Of a stretch of DNA of 64,000 nt, positions 28,351-42,510 are shown piece after piece. The stretch's first letter is position 1. The number at the start of each line of letters is the position of its first letter. Under the pieces are notes generated by a model. The model did not search any database. It had not been told where the DNA came from and saw nothing but the letters and a program-made list of their open reading frames with translations. Source of the DNA: the human T2T-CHM13v2.0 reference genome, Homo sapiens; the NCBI GenBank assembly GCA_009914755.4, contig CP086569.2, positions 61,824,001 to 61,888,000 of the forward strand, given 5' to 3'. Both the position numbers and the translations under genes were made by a program.

Positions 28351-31300
28351 ATGGAATGGAATAATATGAAATGGAATGGAAAGGAATGGAATGCACTTGA
28401 ATTAAATGGACTGGAATGGAATGGACTCGAACGGAGTGGAATGGAAAGGATTGAAATAGAATGGAATGGACTCCTTTGGAATGGTCTAGTATGCAATGCA
28501 AACGACTGGCAGGGAATCAAAAGGAATGTAATCGAATGTATTGGACTGGAATACAGTGGACTCGAATACATTGGAAACGGAATGCAATGGAATGGAATGG
28601 AATAGTATGGAATGGAACGGAAAGGAATGAAGTAGAATGGACTAGAGTGGAATGGAATGGACTCGAAAGCAATGGACTGGAATGGAACGATCTTGAATGG
28701 ACCGGAATCAAACGGAACGGAATGCAATGCAAGGCAATGAAATGGAATGGAATAAAAGAGAATGAAAGAGAATCAAATGCAATTGAATCGAATGGAATCG
28801 AATGGATTGGAAAGGAATAGAATGGAATGGAACGGAATTGACTCAAATGGAATGGACTAGAGCGGAATGGAGTCGAATGGAAGGCAAAGGAATGGAATCT
28901 ATTGGAATGGACTGTAATGGAATGGCATGGAAGGGATTGGAATGGACTCGAATGGAAAGGACTGCAATAGAAAGGATTCGAATGGAATGAAAAAGAATTG
29001 TATGGAATAGAACAGAATGGAATCAAATCGAATGAAATGGAATGGAATAGAAAGGAATGGAATGAAATGGAATGGAAAGGATTCAAATGGAATGCAATCA
29101 AATGGAATGCAATCGAATGGAATGGAATCGAACGGAATGGAATAAAATGGAAGGAAACTGGCAAGAAATGGAATCGAAATGAATGGAGTGTTATGGAACG
29201 GACTCCAAAGGAATTGAATGTAATAGAATGGAGTGGAGTGGACTCGAATATAATGGACTGGAATGGAATGGAATCACATGGAATGGGAACGAATGGAATG
29301 GAATGGAAAGGAATGGAATCGAATGGAAAGGAGTCAAATGGAAGGGAATGAAATTGAATCAACAGGAATGGAAGGGAATAGAATAGACTGTAATGGAATG
29401 GACTCGAATAGAATGGACACGAATGCTCAAATTGGATGGACTCGAATGGAATGGAAACGAAAGGAATGTCATCGAATGGAATTGAATCGATTGGAATGAA
29501 ATGGCATAGAATGGAGTGGAATGAAATGGAATTGAATCGAAAGGAAAGGAAGCGAATGGACTGAAATGAAATGGAATGGAATTGAATGGAAAGTAATGCA
29601 ATGGAATAGAATGGAACGAAATTTCACGGAATGGAATCAAACAGAATGGAATCAAATCAATGGAATATAATCAAATGGAATGGAATGGAATGGAAAGGAA
29701 TTGAATGGAATAGATTGGATAGGAAGGGGTTGGAATGCAATGGAATGGAAAGGACTCGAATTTCATGAAACGGAATGGAATGAATTGGAATGGAATGGAC
29801 TCGAATGGAATGGAATGTCATGGAATGGCATAGAATGGAATGTCATGGAATGGCATCAAATGGAATGGAATCAAATGGAATGGCATCGAATGCAATGGAA
29901 TGTTATGGAATGGAATGGAATGTATTGGAATGGAATGTCCTCTAATGGAATGGATTCGAGTGGAATGGAATCGAATATAATGGAGTCGAATGAAATGGAA
30001 TTGAAAGGAATGGGATCGAATAGAATGGAATATACTGGAATGTAATGTAATGAAGTCGAATGTAATTGACTGGAATGGAATGTACATGAATGGAATGTAA
30101 TCGAATGGAAAGTAATCCAATGAAATAGAATCTAATGCAATAAAACCGACTCAAATGGAATAGAATGTAATGGAATGGAGTGCAGTGCAATGGAATGGAA
30201 TGGAATGGAATGCAATGGAGTGGAATGGAATGGAATGGGATGGAATGGTATGGAATGGATAGTAAAGGACTGGAGTGAAATGGACTGTAAAGGAATGGAC
30301 TCCAATTGAAAGGGCTCGAAAGGAATGGAGTCAAATGGAATGGTCTGGAATGGAATGAACTCGAATGTAATGCAATCCAATAGAATGGAATCGAATGGAA
30401 TGGAATATAAAGAAATGGAATCGACGAGAATGGAAACAGATGGAATGGAATTGAAAGGAATGGAATTGAATGGAATGGGCACGAATGGAATGAAATTGTA
30501 TGGAATAGAAGAGAATAGAATGGAATGCAATGGATAAGAAAGGAATGCATTGGAATGGAAGGGAATGTAGTGTAATGGACTGGCATGGAATAAACTGGAA
30601 TGCTACGGTCTCAAATGGAATAAAAATGTATGGAATGGAATGCCATGAAATGGAATCGAATGTCATAGAATGTAATGGAATGCAAATAAATGGACTCCAA
30701 AATCATTGACTGGAAAGGCTGGGTGTCGAAAGGAACTGACTCCAATGGAATGGAATCGAATGGAATGGAAGTGAATAGAATCGAACTAAATCGAATGGAA
30801 TGGAATTGATAGGAACGGAATGGAAAGGAATGGAATGATTTGGCATGGAATGGAATCGAATGGACTCGAATGGAATGGAATGGAATGCAATGGAATGGAA
30901 TGTATTAGAATGTAGTGAACTTTAATGGAATGAACTCGAATGGATTCGACTGGAATGGAATGTTCTGGAAGTGAATGGACTCCAATGGAATGGATTCAAA
31001 AGGAATGGAATCGAAGGGAATGGAATCTAATGGAATGGAATGAAATGGAAAGGAATCCAATCGAATAGCACGGAATTGAATTGAATGGAATCGAATGCAA
31101 TGGAATCTAATGAAACGGAAAGGAAAGGAACGGAATGGCATGGAATGGGCTGGAATGGAATGGAATCGAAACGAATGTAATGGAATCGAACTGAAGAGAC
31201 TGGAATGGAAGGCACTGGCATGGAAGGGAGTTTAATGGAAGGTTCTCGAAAAGACTGGAATGGAATGGAATGGAATTGAATGGAACGGATATAGAGTCAA

Positions 31301-31910
31301 ATGGAATTGAATGGAATGGAATGGAGTAGAGTGAAATGGAATCGAGTCACAAGGAATGGACAGGAATAGAACGGTCTCGAATTGAATGGAATCGTATGGA
31401 ATGGAATTCAACGGAATGGAATGGACAGCCACGGAATGGAATGCACTCGAAAGCAATGGACTCGAAACTAATGGACTGGAATCGAATGGACTCGACTGGT
31501 ACGGACTCCAATGGAATGGAATCGAATGGAATTGAATCGAACGGAATGGACTCGAAGTGATAAGAGTGCAATGGAAAGGTCTCGAATGGAATGGAAATTA
31601 ATGGAATGGAATGGAATCGAATGAAATGGAGTCAAAAGGAATGGAATCGAATGGCAAGAAATCGAATGTAATGGAATCACAAGGAATGGATGTGAACGGA
31701 ACGGAATGGAATGGAATCAAAAGGAATGGAATCGAATGGAATGGACTCGAATGGAAATGACTCGAATAGAATGGAATTCAACAAAATAGAATCAAATGTA
31801 ATGGAATGGAATGGAAAGGAATCGAAACGAAAGGAATGGAGACAGATGGAATGGAATAGAACAGAGAGCAATGGTATAGAATGGAATGGAATCATATGGA
31901 ATGGAATTGA
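28351..31910 (+). repeat. HOR copy 9, 3560 bp, class B
   Basis: 121-aa ORF at 29680. MYGIEQ at 28998. Confidence 0.9.
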
Positions 31911-34900
31911 ATGGAATGGAATAATATGAAATGGAATGGAAAGGAATGGAATGCACTTGAATTAAATGGACTGGAATGGAATGGACTCGAACGGAGTGGA
32001 ATGGAAAGGATTGAAATAGAATGGAATGGACTCCTTTGGAATCGTCTAGTATGCAATGCAAACGACTGGCAGGGAATCAAAAGGAATGTAATCGAATGGA
32101 TTGGACTGGAATACAATGGACTCGAATACATTGGAAACGGAATGCAATGGAATGGAATGGAATAGTATGGAATGGAACGGAAAGGAATGAAGTAGAATGG
32201 ACTAGAGTGGAATGGAATGGACTCGAAAGCAATGGACTGGAATGGAACGATCTTGAATGGACCGGAATCAAACGGAACGGAATGCAATGCAAGGCAATCA
32301 AATGGAATGGAATAAAAGAGAATGAAAGAGAATCAAATGCAATTGAATCGAATGGAATCGAATGGATTGGAAAGGAATAGAATGGAATGGAATGGAATTG
32401 ACTCAAATGGAATGGACTAGAACGGAATGGAGTCGAATGGAAGGCAAAGGAATGGAATCTATTGGAATGGACTGTAATGGAATGGCATGGAAGGGATTGG
32501 AATGGACTCGAATGGAAAGGACTGCAATAGAAAGGATTCGAATGGAATGAAAAAGAATTGAATGGAATAGAACAGAATGGAATCAAATCGAATGAAATGG
32601 AATGGAATAGAAAGGAATGGAATGAAATGGAATGGAAAGGATTCAAATGGAATGCGATCAAATGGAATGCAATCGAATGGAATGGAATCGAACGGAATGG
32701 AATAAAATGGAAGGAAACTGGCAAGAAATGGAATCGAAATGAATGGAGGGTTATGGAACGGACTCCAAAGGAATTGAATGTAATAGAATGGAGTGGAGTG
32801 GACTCGAATATAATGGACTGGAATGGAATGGAATCACATGGAATGGGAACGAATGGAATGGAATGGAAAGGAATGGAATCGAATGGAAAGGAATCAAATG
32901 GAAGGGAATGAAATTGAATCAACAGGAATGGAAGGGAATAGAATAGACTGTAATGGAATGGACTCGAATAGAATGGACACGAATGCTCAAATTGGATGGA
33001 CTCGAATGGAATGGAAACGAAAGGAATGTCATCGAATGGAATTGAATCGATTGGAATGAAATGGCATAGAATGGAGTGGAATGAAATGGAATTGAATCGA
33101 AAGGAAAGGAAGCGAATGGACTGAAATGAAATGGAATGGAATTGAATGGAAAGTAATGCAATGGAATAGAATGGAACGAAATTTCACGGAATGGAATCAA
33201 AACAATGGAATATAATCAAATGGAATGGAATGGAATGGAAAGGAATTGAATGGAATAGATTGGATAGGAAAGGATTGGAATGCAATGGAATGGAAAGGAC
33301 TCGAATTTCATGAAACGGAATGGAATGAATTGGAATGGAATGGACTCGAATGGAATGGAATGTCATGGAATGGCATCAAATGGAATGGAATCAAATGGAA
33401 TGGCATCGAATGCAATGGAATGTTATGGAATGGAATGGAATGTATTGGAATGGAATGTCCTCTAATGGAATGGATTCGAGTGGAATGGAATCGAATATAA
33501 TGGAGTCGAATGAAATGGAATTGAAAGGAATGGGATCGAATAGAATGGAATATACTGGAATGTAATGTAATGAAGTCGAATGTAATTGACTGGAATGGAA
33601 TGTACATGAATGGAATGTAATCGAATGGAAAGTAATCCAATGAAATAGAATCTAATGCAATAAAACCGACTCAAATGGAATAGAATGTAATGGAATGGAG
33701 TGCAGTGCAATGGAATGGAATGGAATGGAATGCAATGGAGTGGAATGGAATGGAATGGGATGGAATGGTATGGAATGGATAGTAAAGGACTGGAGTGAAA
33801 TGGACTGTAAAGGAATGGACTCCAATTGAAAGGGCTCGAAAGGAATGGAGTCAAATGGAATGGTCTGGAATGGAATGAACTCGAATGTAATGCAATCCAA
33901 TAGAATGGAATCGAATGGAATGGAGTATAAAGAAATGGAATCGACGAGAATGGAAACAGATGGAATGGAATTGAAAGGAATGGAATTGAATGGAATGGGC
34001 ACGAATGGAATGAAATTGTATGGAATAGAAGAGAATAGAATGGAATGCAATGGATAAGAAAGGAATGGATTGGAATGGAAGGGAATGTAGTGTAATGGAC
34101 TGGCATGGAATAAACTGGAATGCTACGGTCTCAAATGGAATAAAAATGTATGGAATGGAATGCCATGAAATGGAATCGAATGTCATAGAATGTAATGGAA
34201 TGCAAAGAAATGGACTCCAAAATCATTGACTGGAAAGGCTGGGTGTCGAAAGGAATTGACTCCAATGGAATGGAATCGAATGGAATGGAAGTGAATAGAA
34301 TCGAACTAAATCGAATGGAATGGAATTGATAGGAACGGAATGGAAAGGAATGGAATGATTTGGCATGAAATGGAATCGAATGGACTCGAATGGAATGGAA
34401 TGGAATGCAATGGAATGGAATGTATTAGAATGTAGTGAACTTTAATGGAATGAACTCGAATGGATTCGACTGGAATGGAATGTTCTGGAAGTGAATGGAC
34501 TCCAATGGAATGGATTCAAAAGGAATGGAATCGAAGGGAATGGAATCTAATGGAATGGAATGAAATGGAAAGGAATCCAATCGAATAGCACGGAATTGAA
34601 TTGAATGGAATCGAATGCAATGGAATCTAATGAAACGGAAAGGAAAGGAACGGAATGGCATGGAATGGGCTGGAATGGAATGGAATCGAAACGAATGGAA
34701 TGGAATCGAACTGAAGAGACTGGAATGGAATGCACTGGCATGGAAGGGAGTTTAATGGAAGGTTCTCGAAAAGACTGGAATGGAATGGAATGGAATTGAA
34801 TGGAACGGATATAGAGTCAAATGGAATTGAATGGAATGGAATGGAGTAGAGTGAAATGGAATCGAGTCACAAGGAATGGACAGGAATAGAACGGTCTCGA

Positions 34901-35430
34901 ATTGAATGGAATCGTATGGAATGGAATTCAACGGAATGGAATGGACAGCCACGGAATGGAATGCACTCGAAAGCAATGGACTCGAAACTAATGGACTGGA
35001 ATCGAATGGACTCGACTGGTACGGACTCCAATGGAATGGAATCGAATGGAATGGAATCGAACGGAATGGACTCGAAGTGATAAGAGTGCAATGGAAAGGT
35101 CTCGAATGGAATGGAAATTAATGGAATGGAATGGAATCGAATGAAATGGAGTCAAAAGGAATGGAATCGAATGGCAAGAAATCGAATGTAATGGAATCAC
35201 AAGGAATGGATGTGAACGGAACGGAATGGAATGGAATCAAAAGGAATGGAATCGAATGGAATGGACACGAATGGAAATGACTCGAATAGAATGGAATTCA
35301 ATAAAATACAATCAAATGTAATGGAATGGAATGGAAAGGAATCGAAACGAAAGGAATGGAGACAGATGGAATGGAATGGAACAGAGAGCAATGGTATATA
35401 ATGGAATGGAATCATATGGAATGGAATTGA
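31911..35430 (+). repeat. HOR copy 10, 3520 bp, class C
   Basis: 15-bp deletion junction at ~33198 (ORFs at 32919-33200 and 33184-33366). IGKDWN variant at 33225. Confidence 0.9.
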
Positions 35431-38400
35431 ATGGAATGGAATAATATGAAATGGAATGGAAAGGAATGGAATGCACTTGAATTAAATGGACTGGAATGGA
35501 ATGGACTCGAACGGAGTGGAATGGAAAGGATTGAAATAGAATGGAATGGACTCCTTTGGAATGGTCTAGTATGCAATGCAAACGACTGGCAGGGAATCAA
35601 AAGGAATGTAATCGAATGTATTGGACTGGAATACAGTGGACTCGAATACATTGGAAACGGAATGCAATGGAATGGAATGGAATAGTATGGAATGGAACGG
35701 AAAGGAATGAAGTAGAATGGACTAGAGTGGAATGGAATGGACTCGAAAGCAATGGACTGGAATGGAACGATCTTGAATGGACCGGAATCAAACGGAACGG
35801 AATGCAATGCAAGGCAATGAAATGGAATGGAATAAAAGAGAATGAAAGAGAATCAAATGCAATTGAATCGAATGGAATCGAATGGATTGGAAAGGAATAG
35901 AATGGAATGGAACGGAATTGACTCAAATGGAATGGACTAGAGCGGAATGGAGTCGAATGGAAGGCAAAGGAATGGAATCTATTGGAATGGACTGTAATGG
36001 AATGGCATGGAAGGGATTGGAATGGACTCGAATGGAAAGGACTGCAATAGAAAGGATTCGAATGGAATGAAAAAGAATTGTATGGAATAGAACAGAATGG
36101 AATCAAATCGAATGAAATGGAATGGAATAGAAAGGAATGGAATGAAATGGAATGGAAAGGATTCAAATGGAATGCAATCAAATGGAATGCAATCGAATGG
36201 AATGGAATCGAACGGAATGGAATAAAATGGAAGGAAACTGGCAAGAAATGGAATCGAAATGAATGGAGTGTTATGGAACGGACTCCAAAGGAATTGAATG
36301 TAATAGAATGGAGTGGAGTGGACTCGAATATAATGGACTGGAATGGAATGGAATCACATGGAATGGGAACGAATGGAATGGAATGGAAAGGAATGGAATC
36401 GAATGGAAAGGAGTCAAATGGAAGGGAATGAAATTGAATCAACAGGAATGGAAGGGAATAGAATAGACTGTAATGGAATGGACTCGAATAGAAAGGACAC
36501 GAATGCTCAAATTGGATGGACTCGAATGGAATGGAAACGAAAGGAATGTCATCGAATGGAATTGAATCGATTGGAATGAAATGGCATAGAATGGAGTGGA
36601 ATGAAATGGAATTGAATCGAAAGGAAAGGAAGCGAATGGACTGAAATGAAATGGAATGGAATTGAATGGAAAGTAATGCAATGGAATAGAATGGAACGAA
36701 ATTTCACGGAATGGAATCAAACAGAATGGAATCAAATCAATGGAATATAATCAAATGGAATGGAATGGAATGGAAAGGAATTGAATGGAATAGATTGGAT
36801 AGGAAGGGGTTGGAATGCAATGGAATGGAAAGGACTCGAATTTCATGAAACGGAATGGAATGAATTGGAATGGAATGGACTCGAATGGAATGGAATGTCA
36901 TGGAATGGCATAGAATGGAATGTCATGGAATGGCATCAAATGGAATGGAATCAAATGGAATGGCATCGAATGCAATGGAATGTTATGGAATGGAATGGAA
37001 TGTATTGGAATGGAATGTCCTCTAATGGAATGGATTCGAGTGGAATGGAATCGAATATAATGGAGTCGAATGAAATGGAATTGAAAGGAATGGGATCGAA
37101 TAGAATGGAATATACTGGAATGTAATGTAATGAAGTCGAATGTAATTGACTGGAATGGAATGTACATGAATGGAATGTAATCGAATGGAAAGTAATCCAA
37201 TGAAATAGAATCTAATGCAATAAAACCGACTCAAATGGAATAGAATGTAATGGAATGGAGTGCAGTGCAATGGAATGGAATGGAATGGAATGCAATGGAG
37301 TGGAATGGAATGGAATGGGATGGAATGGTATGGAATGGATAGTAAAGGACTGGAGTGAAATGGACTGTAAAGGAATGGACTCCAATTGAAAGGGCTCGAA
37401 AGGAATGGAGTCAAATGGAATGGTCTGGAATGGAATGAACTCGAATGTAATGCAATCCAATAGAATGGAATCGAATGGAATGGTGTATAAAGAAATGGAA
37501 TCGACGAGAATGGAAACAGATGGAATGGAATTGAAAGGAATGGAATTGAATGGAATGGGCACGAATGGAATGAAATTGTATGGAATAGAAGAGAATAGAA
37601 TGGAATGCAATGGATAAGAAAGGAATGGATTGGAATGGAAGGGAATGTAGTGTAATGGACTGGCATGGAATAAACTGGAATGCTACGGTCTCAAATGGAA
37701 TAAAAATGTATGGAATGGAATGCCATGAAATGGAATCGAATGTCATAGAATGTAATGGAATGCAAAGAAATGGACTCCAAAATCATTGACTGGAAAGGCT
37801 GGGTGTCGAAAGGAATTGACTCCAATGGAATGGAATCGAATGGAATGGAAGTGAATAGAATCGAACTAAATCGAATGGAATGGAATTGATAGGAACGGAA
37901 TGGAAAGGAATGGAATGATTTGGCATGGAATGGAATCGAATGGACTCGAATGGAATGGAATGGAATGCAATGGAATGGAATGTATTAGAATGTAGTGAAC
38001 TTTAATGGAATGAACTCGAATGGATTCGACTGGAATGGAATGTTCTGGAAGTGAATGGACTCCAATGGAATGGATTCAAAAGGAATGGAATCGAAGGGAA
38101 TGGAATCTAATGGAATGGAATGAAATGGAAAGGAATCCAATCGAATAGCACGGAATTGAATTGAATGGAATCGAATGCAATGGAATCTAATGAAACGGAA
38201 AGGAAAGGAACGGAATGGCATGGAATGGGCTGGAATGGAATGGAATCGAAACGAATGTAATGGAATCGAACTGAAGAGACTGGAATGGAAGGCACTGGCA
38301 TGGAAGGGAGTTTAATGGAAGGTTCTCGAAAAGACTGGAATGGAATGGAATGGAATTGAATGGAACGGATATAGAGTCAAATGGAATTGAATGGAATGGA

Positions 38401-38990
38401 ATGGAGTAGAGTGAAATGGAATCGAGTCACAAGGAATGGACAGGAATAGAACGGTCTCGAATTGAATGGAATCGTATGGAATGGAATTCAACGGAATGGA
38501 ATGGACAGCCACGGAATGGAATGCACTCGAAAGCAATGGACTCGAAACTAATGGACTGGAATCGAATGGACTCGACTGGTACGGACTCCAATGGAATGGA
38601 ATCGAATGGAATTGAATCGAACGGAATGGACTCGAAGTGATAAGAGTGCAATGGAAAGGTCTCGAATGGAATGGAAATTAATGGAATGGAATGGAATCGA
38701 ATGAAATGGAGTCAAAAGGAATGGAATCGAATGGCAAGAAATCGAATGTAATGGAATCACAAGGAATGGATGTGAACGGAACGGAATGGAATGGAATCAA
38801 AAGGAATGGAATCGAATGGAATGGACTCGAATGGAAATGACTCGAATAGAATGGAATTCAACAAAATAGAATCAAATGTAATGGAATGGAATGGAAAGGA
38901 ATCGAAACGAAAGGAATGGAGACAGATGGAATGGAATAGAACAGAGAGCAATGGTATAGAATGGAATGGAATCATATGGAATGGAATTGA
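35431..38990 (+). repeat. HOR copy 11, 3560 bp, class B
   Basis: 121-aa ORF at 36760. MYGIEQ at 36078. Confidence 0.9.
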
Positions 38991-41900
38991 ATGGAATGGA
39001 ATAATATGAAATGGAATGGAAAGGAATGGAATGCACTTGAATTAAATGGACTGGAATGGAATGGACTCGAACGGAGTGGAATGGAAAGGATTGAAATAGA
39101 ATGGAATGGACTCCTTTGGAATGGTCTAGTATGCAATGCAAACGACTGGCAGGGAATCAAAAGGAATGTAATCGAATGGATTGGACTGGAATACAATGGA
39201 CTCGAATACATTGGAAACGGAATGCAATGGAATGGAATGGAATAGTATGGAATGGAACGGAAAGGAATGAAGTAGAATGGACTAGAGTGGAATGGAATGG
39301 ACTCGAAAGCAATGGACTGGAATGGAACGATTTTGAATGGACCGGAATCAAACGGAACGGAATGCAATGCAAGGCAATCAAATGGAATGGAATAAAAGAG
39401 AATGAAAGAGAATCAAATGCAATTGAATCGAATGGAATCGAATGGATTGGAAAGGAATAGAATGGAATGGAATGGAATTGACTCAAATGGAATGGACTAG
39501 AACGGAATGGAGTCGAATGGAAGGCAAAGGAATGGAATCTATTGGAATGGACTGTAATGGAATGGCATGGAAGGGATTGGAATGGACTCGAATGGAAAGG
39601 ACTGCAATAGAAAGGATTCGAATGGAATGAAAAAGAATTGAATGGAATAGAACAGAATGGAATCAAATCGAATGAAATGGAATGGAATAGAAAGGAATGG
39701 AATGAAATGGAATGGAAAGGATTCAAATGGAATGCGATCAAATGGAATGCAATCGAATGGAATGGAATCGAACGGAATGGAATAAAATGGAAGGAAACTG
39801 GCAAGAAATGGAATCGAAATGAATGGAGGGTTATGGAACGGACTCCAAAGGAATTGAATGTAATAGAATGGAGTGGAGTGGACTCGAATATAATGGACTG
39901 GAATGGAATGGAATCACATGGAATGGGAACGAATGGAATGGAATGGAAAGGAATGGAATCGAATGGAAAGGAATCAAATGGAAGGGAATGAAATTGAATC
40001 AACAGGAATGGAAGGGAATAGAATAGACTGTAATGGAATGGACTCGAATAGAATGGACACGAATGCTCAAATTGGATGGACTCGAATGGAATGGAAACGA
40101 AAGGAATGTCATCGAATGGAATTGAATCGATTGGAATGAAATGGCATAGAATGGAGTGGAATGAAATGGAATTGAATCGAAAGGAAAGGAAGCGAATGGA
40201 CTGAAATGAAATGGAATGGAATTGAATGGAAAGTAATGCAATGGAATAGAATGGAACGAAATTTCACGGAATGGAATCAAAACAATGGAATATAATCAAA
40301 TGGAATGGAATGGAATGGAAAGGAATTGAATGGAATAGATTGGATAGGAAAGGATTGGAATGCAATGGAATGGAAAGGACTCGAATTTCATGAAACGGAA
40401 TGGAATGAATTGGAATGGAATGGACTCGAATGGAATGGAATGTCATGGAATGGCATCAAATGGAATGGAATCAAATGGAATGGCATCGAATGCAATGGAA
40501 TGTTATGGAATGGAATGGAATGTATTGGAATGGAATGTCCTCTAATGGAATGGATTCGAGTGGAATGGAATCGAATATAATGGAGTCGAATGAAATGGAA
40601 TTGAAAGGAATGGGATCGAATAGAATGGAATATACTGGAATGTAATGTAATGAAGTCGAATGTAATTGACTGGAATGGAATGTACATGAATGGAATGTAA
40701 TCGAATGGAAAGTAATCCAATGAAATAGAATCTAATGCAATAAAACCGACTCAAATGGAATAGAATGTAATGGAATGGAGTGCAGTGCAATGGAATGGAA
40801 TGGAATGGAATGCAATGGAGTGGAATGGAATGGAATGGGATGGAATGGTATGGAATGGATAGTAAAGGACTGGAGTGAAATGGACTGTAAAGGAATGGAC
40901 TCCAATTGAAAGGGCTCGAAAGGAATGGAGTCAAATGGAATGGTCTGGAATGGAATGAACTCGAATGTAATGCAATCCAATAGAATGGAATCGAATGGAA
41001 TGGAGTATAAAGAAATGGAATCGACGAGAATGGAAACAGATGGAATGGAATTGAAAGGAATGGAATTGAATGGAATGGGCACGAATGGAATGAAATTGTA
41101 TGGAATAGAAGAGAATGGAATGGAATGCAATGGATAAGAAAGGAATGGATTGGAATGGAAGGGAATGTAGTGTAATGGACTGGCATGGAATAAACTGGAA
41201 TGCTACGGTCTCAAATGGAATAAAAATGTATGGAATGGAATGCCATGAAATGGAATCGAATGTCATAGAATGTAATGGAATGCAAAGAAATGGACTCCAA
41301 AATCATTGACTGGAAAGGCTGGGTGTCGAAAGGAATTGACTCCAATGGAATGGAATCGAATGGAATGGAAGTGAATAGAATCGAACTAAATCGAATGGAA
41401 TGGAATTGATAGGAACGGAATGGAAAGGAATGGAATGATTTGGCATGGAATGGAATCGAATGGACTCGAATGGAATGGAATGGAATGCAATGGAATGGAA
41501 TGTATTAGAATGTAGTGAACTTTAATGGAATGAACTCGAATGGATTCGACTGGAATGGAATGTTCTGGAAGTGAATGGACTCCAATGGAATGGATTCAAA
41601 AGGAATGGAATCGAAGGGAATGGAATCTAATGGAATGGAATGAAATGGAAAGGAATCCAATCGAATAGCACGGAATTGAATTGAATGGAATCGAATGCAA
41701 TGGAATCTAATGAAACGGAAAGGAAAGGAACGGAATGGCATGGAATGGGCTGGAATGGAATGGAATCGAAACGAATGGAATGGAATCGAACTGAAGAGAC
41801 TGGAATGGAAGGCACTGGCATGGAAGGGAGTTTAATGGAAGGTTCTCGAAAAGACTGGAATGGAATGGAATGGAATTGAATGGAACGGATATAGAGTCAA

Positions 41901-42510
41901 ATGGAATTGAATGGAATGGAATGGAGTAGAGTGAAATGGAATCGAGTCACAAGGAATGGACAGGAATAGAACGGTCTCGAATTGAATGGAATCGTATGGA
42001 ATGGAATTCAACGGAATGGAATGGACAGCCACGGAATGGAATGCACTCGAAAGCAATGGACTCGAAACTAATGGACTGGAATCGAATGGACTCGACTGGT
42101 ACGGACTCCAATGGAATGGAATCGAATGGAAGGGAATCGAACGGAATGGACTCGAAGTGATAAGAGTGCAATGGAAAGGTCTCGAATGGAATGGAAATTA
42201 ATGGAATGGAATGGAATCGAATGAAATGGAGTCAAAAGGAATGGAATCGAATGGCAAGAAATCGAATGTAATGGAATCACAAGGAATGGATGTGAACGGA
42301 ACGGAATGGAATGGAATCAAAAGGAATGGAATCGAATGGAATGGACTCGAATGGAAATGACTCGAATAGAATGGAATTCAACAAAATAGAATCAAATGTA
42401 ATGGAATGGAATGGAAAGGAATCGAAACGAAAGGAATGGAGACAGATGGAATGGAATAGAACAGAGAGCAATGGTATAGAATGGAATGGAATCATATGGA
42501 ATGGAATTGA
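38991..42510 (+). repeat. HOR copy 12, 3520 bp, class C
   Basis: 15-bp deletion junction at ~40278 (ORFs at 39999-40280 and 40264-40446). IGKDWN variant at 40305. Confidence 0.9.
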
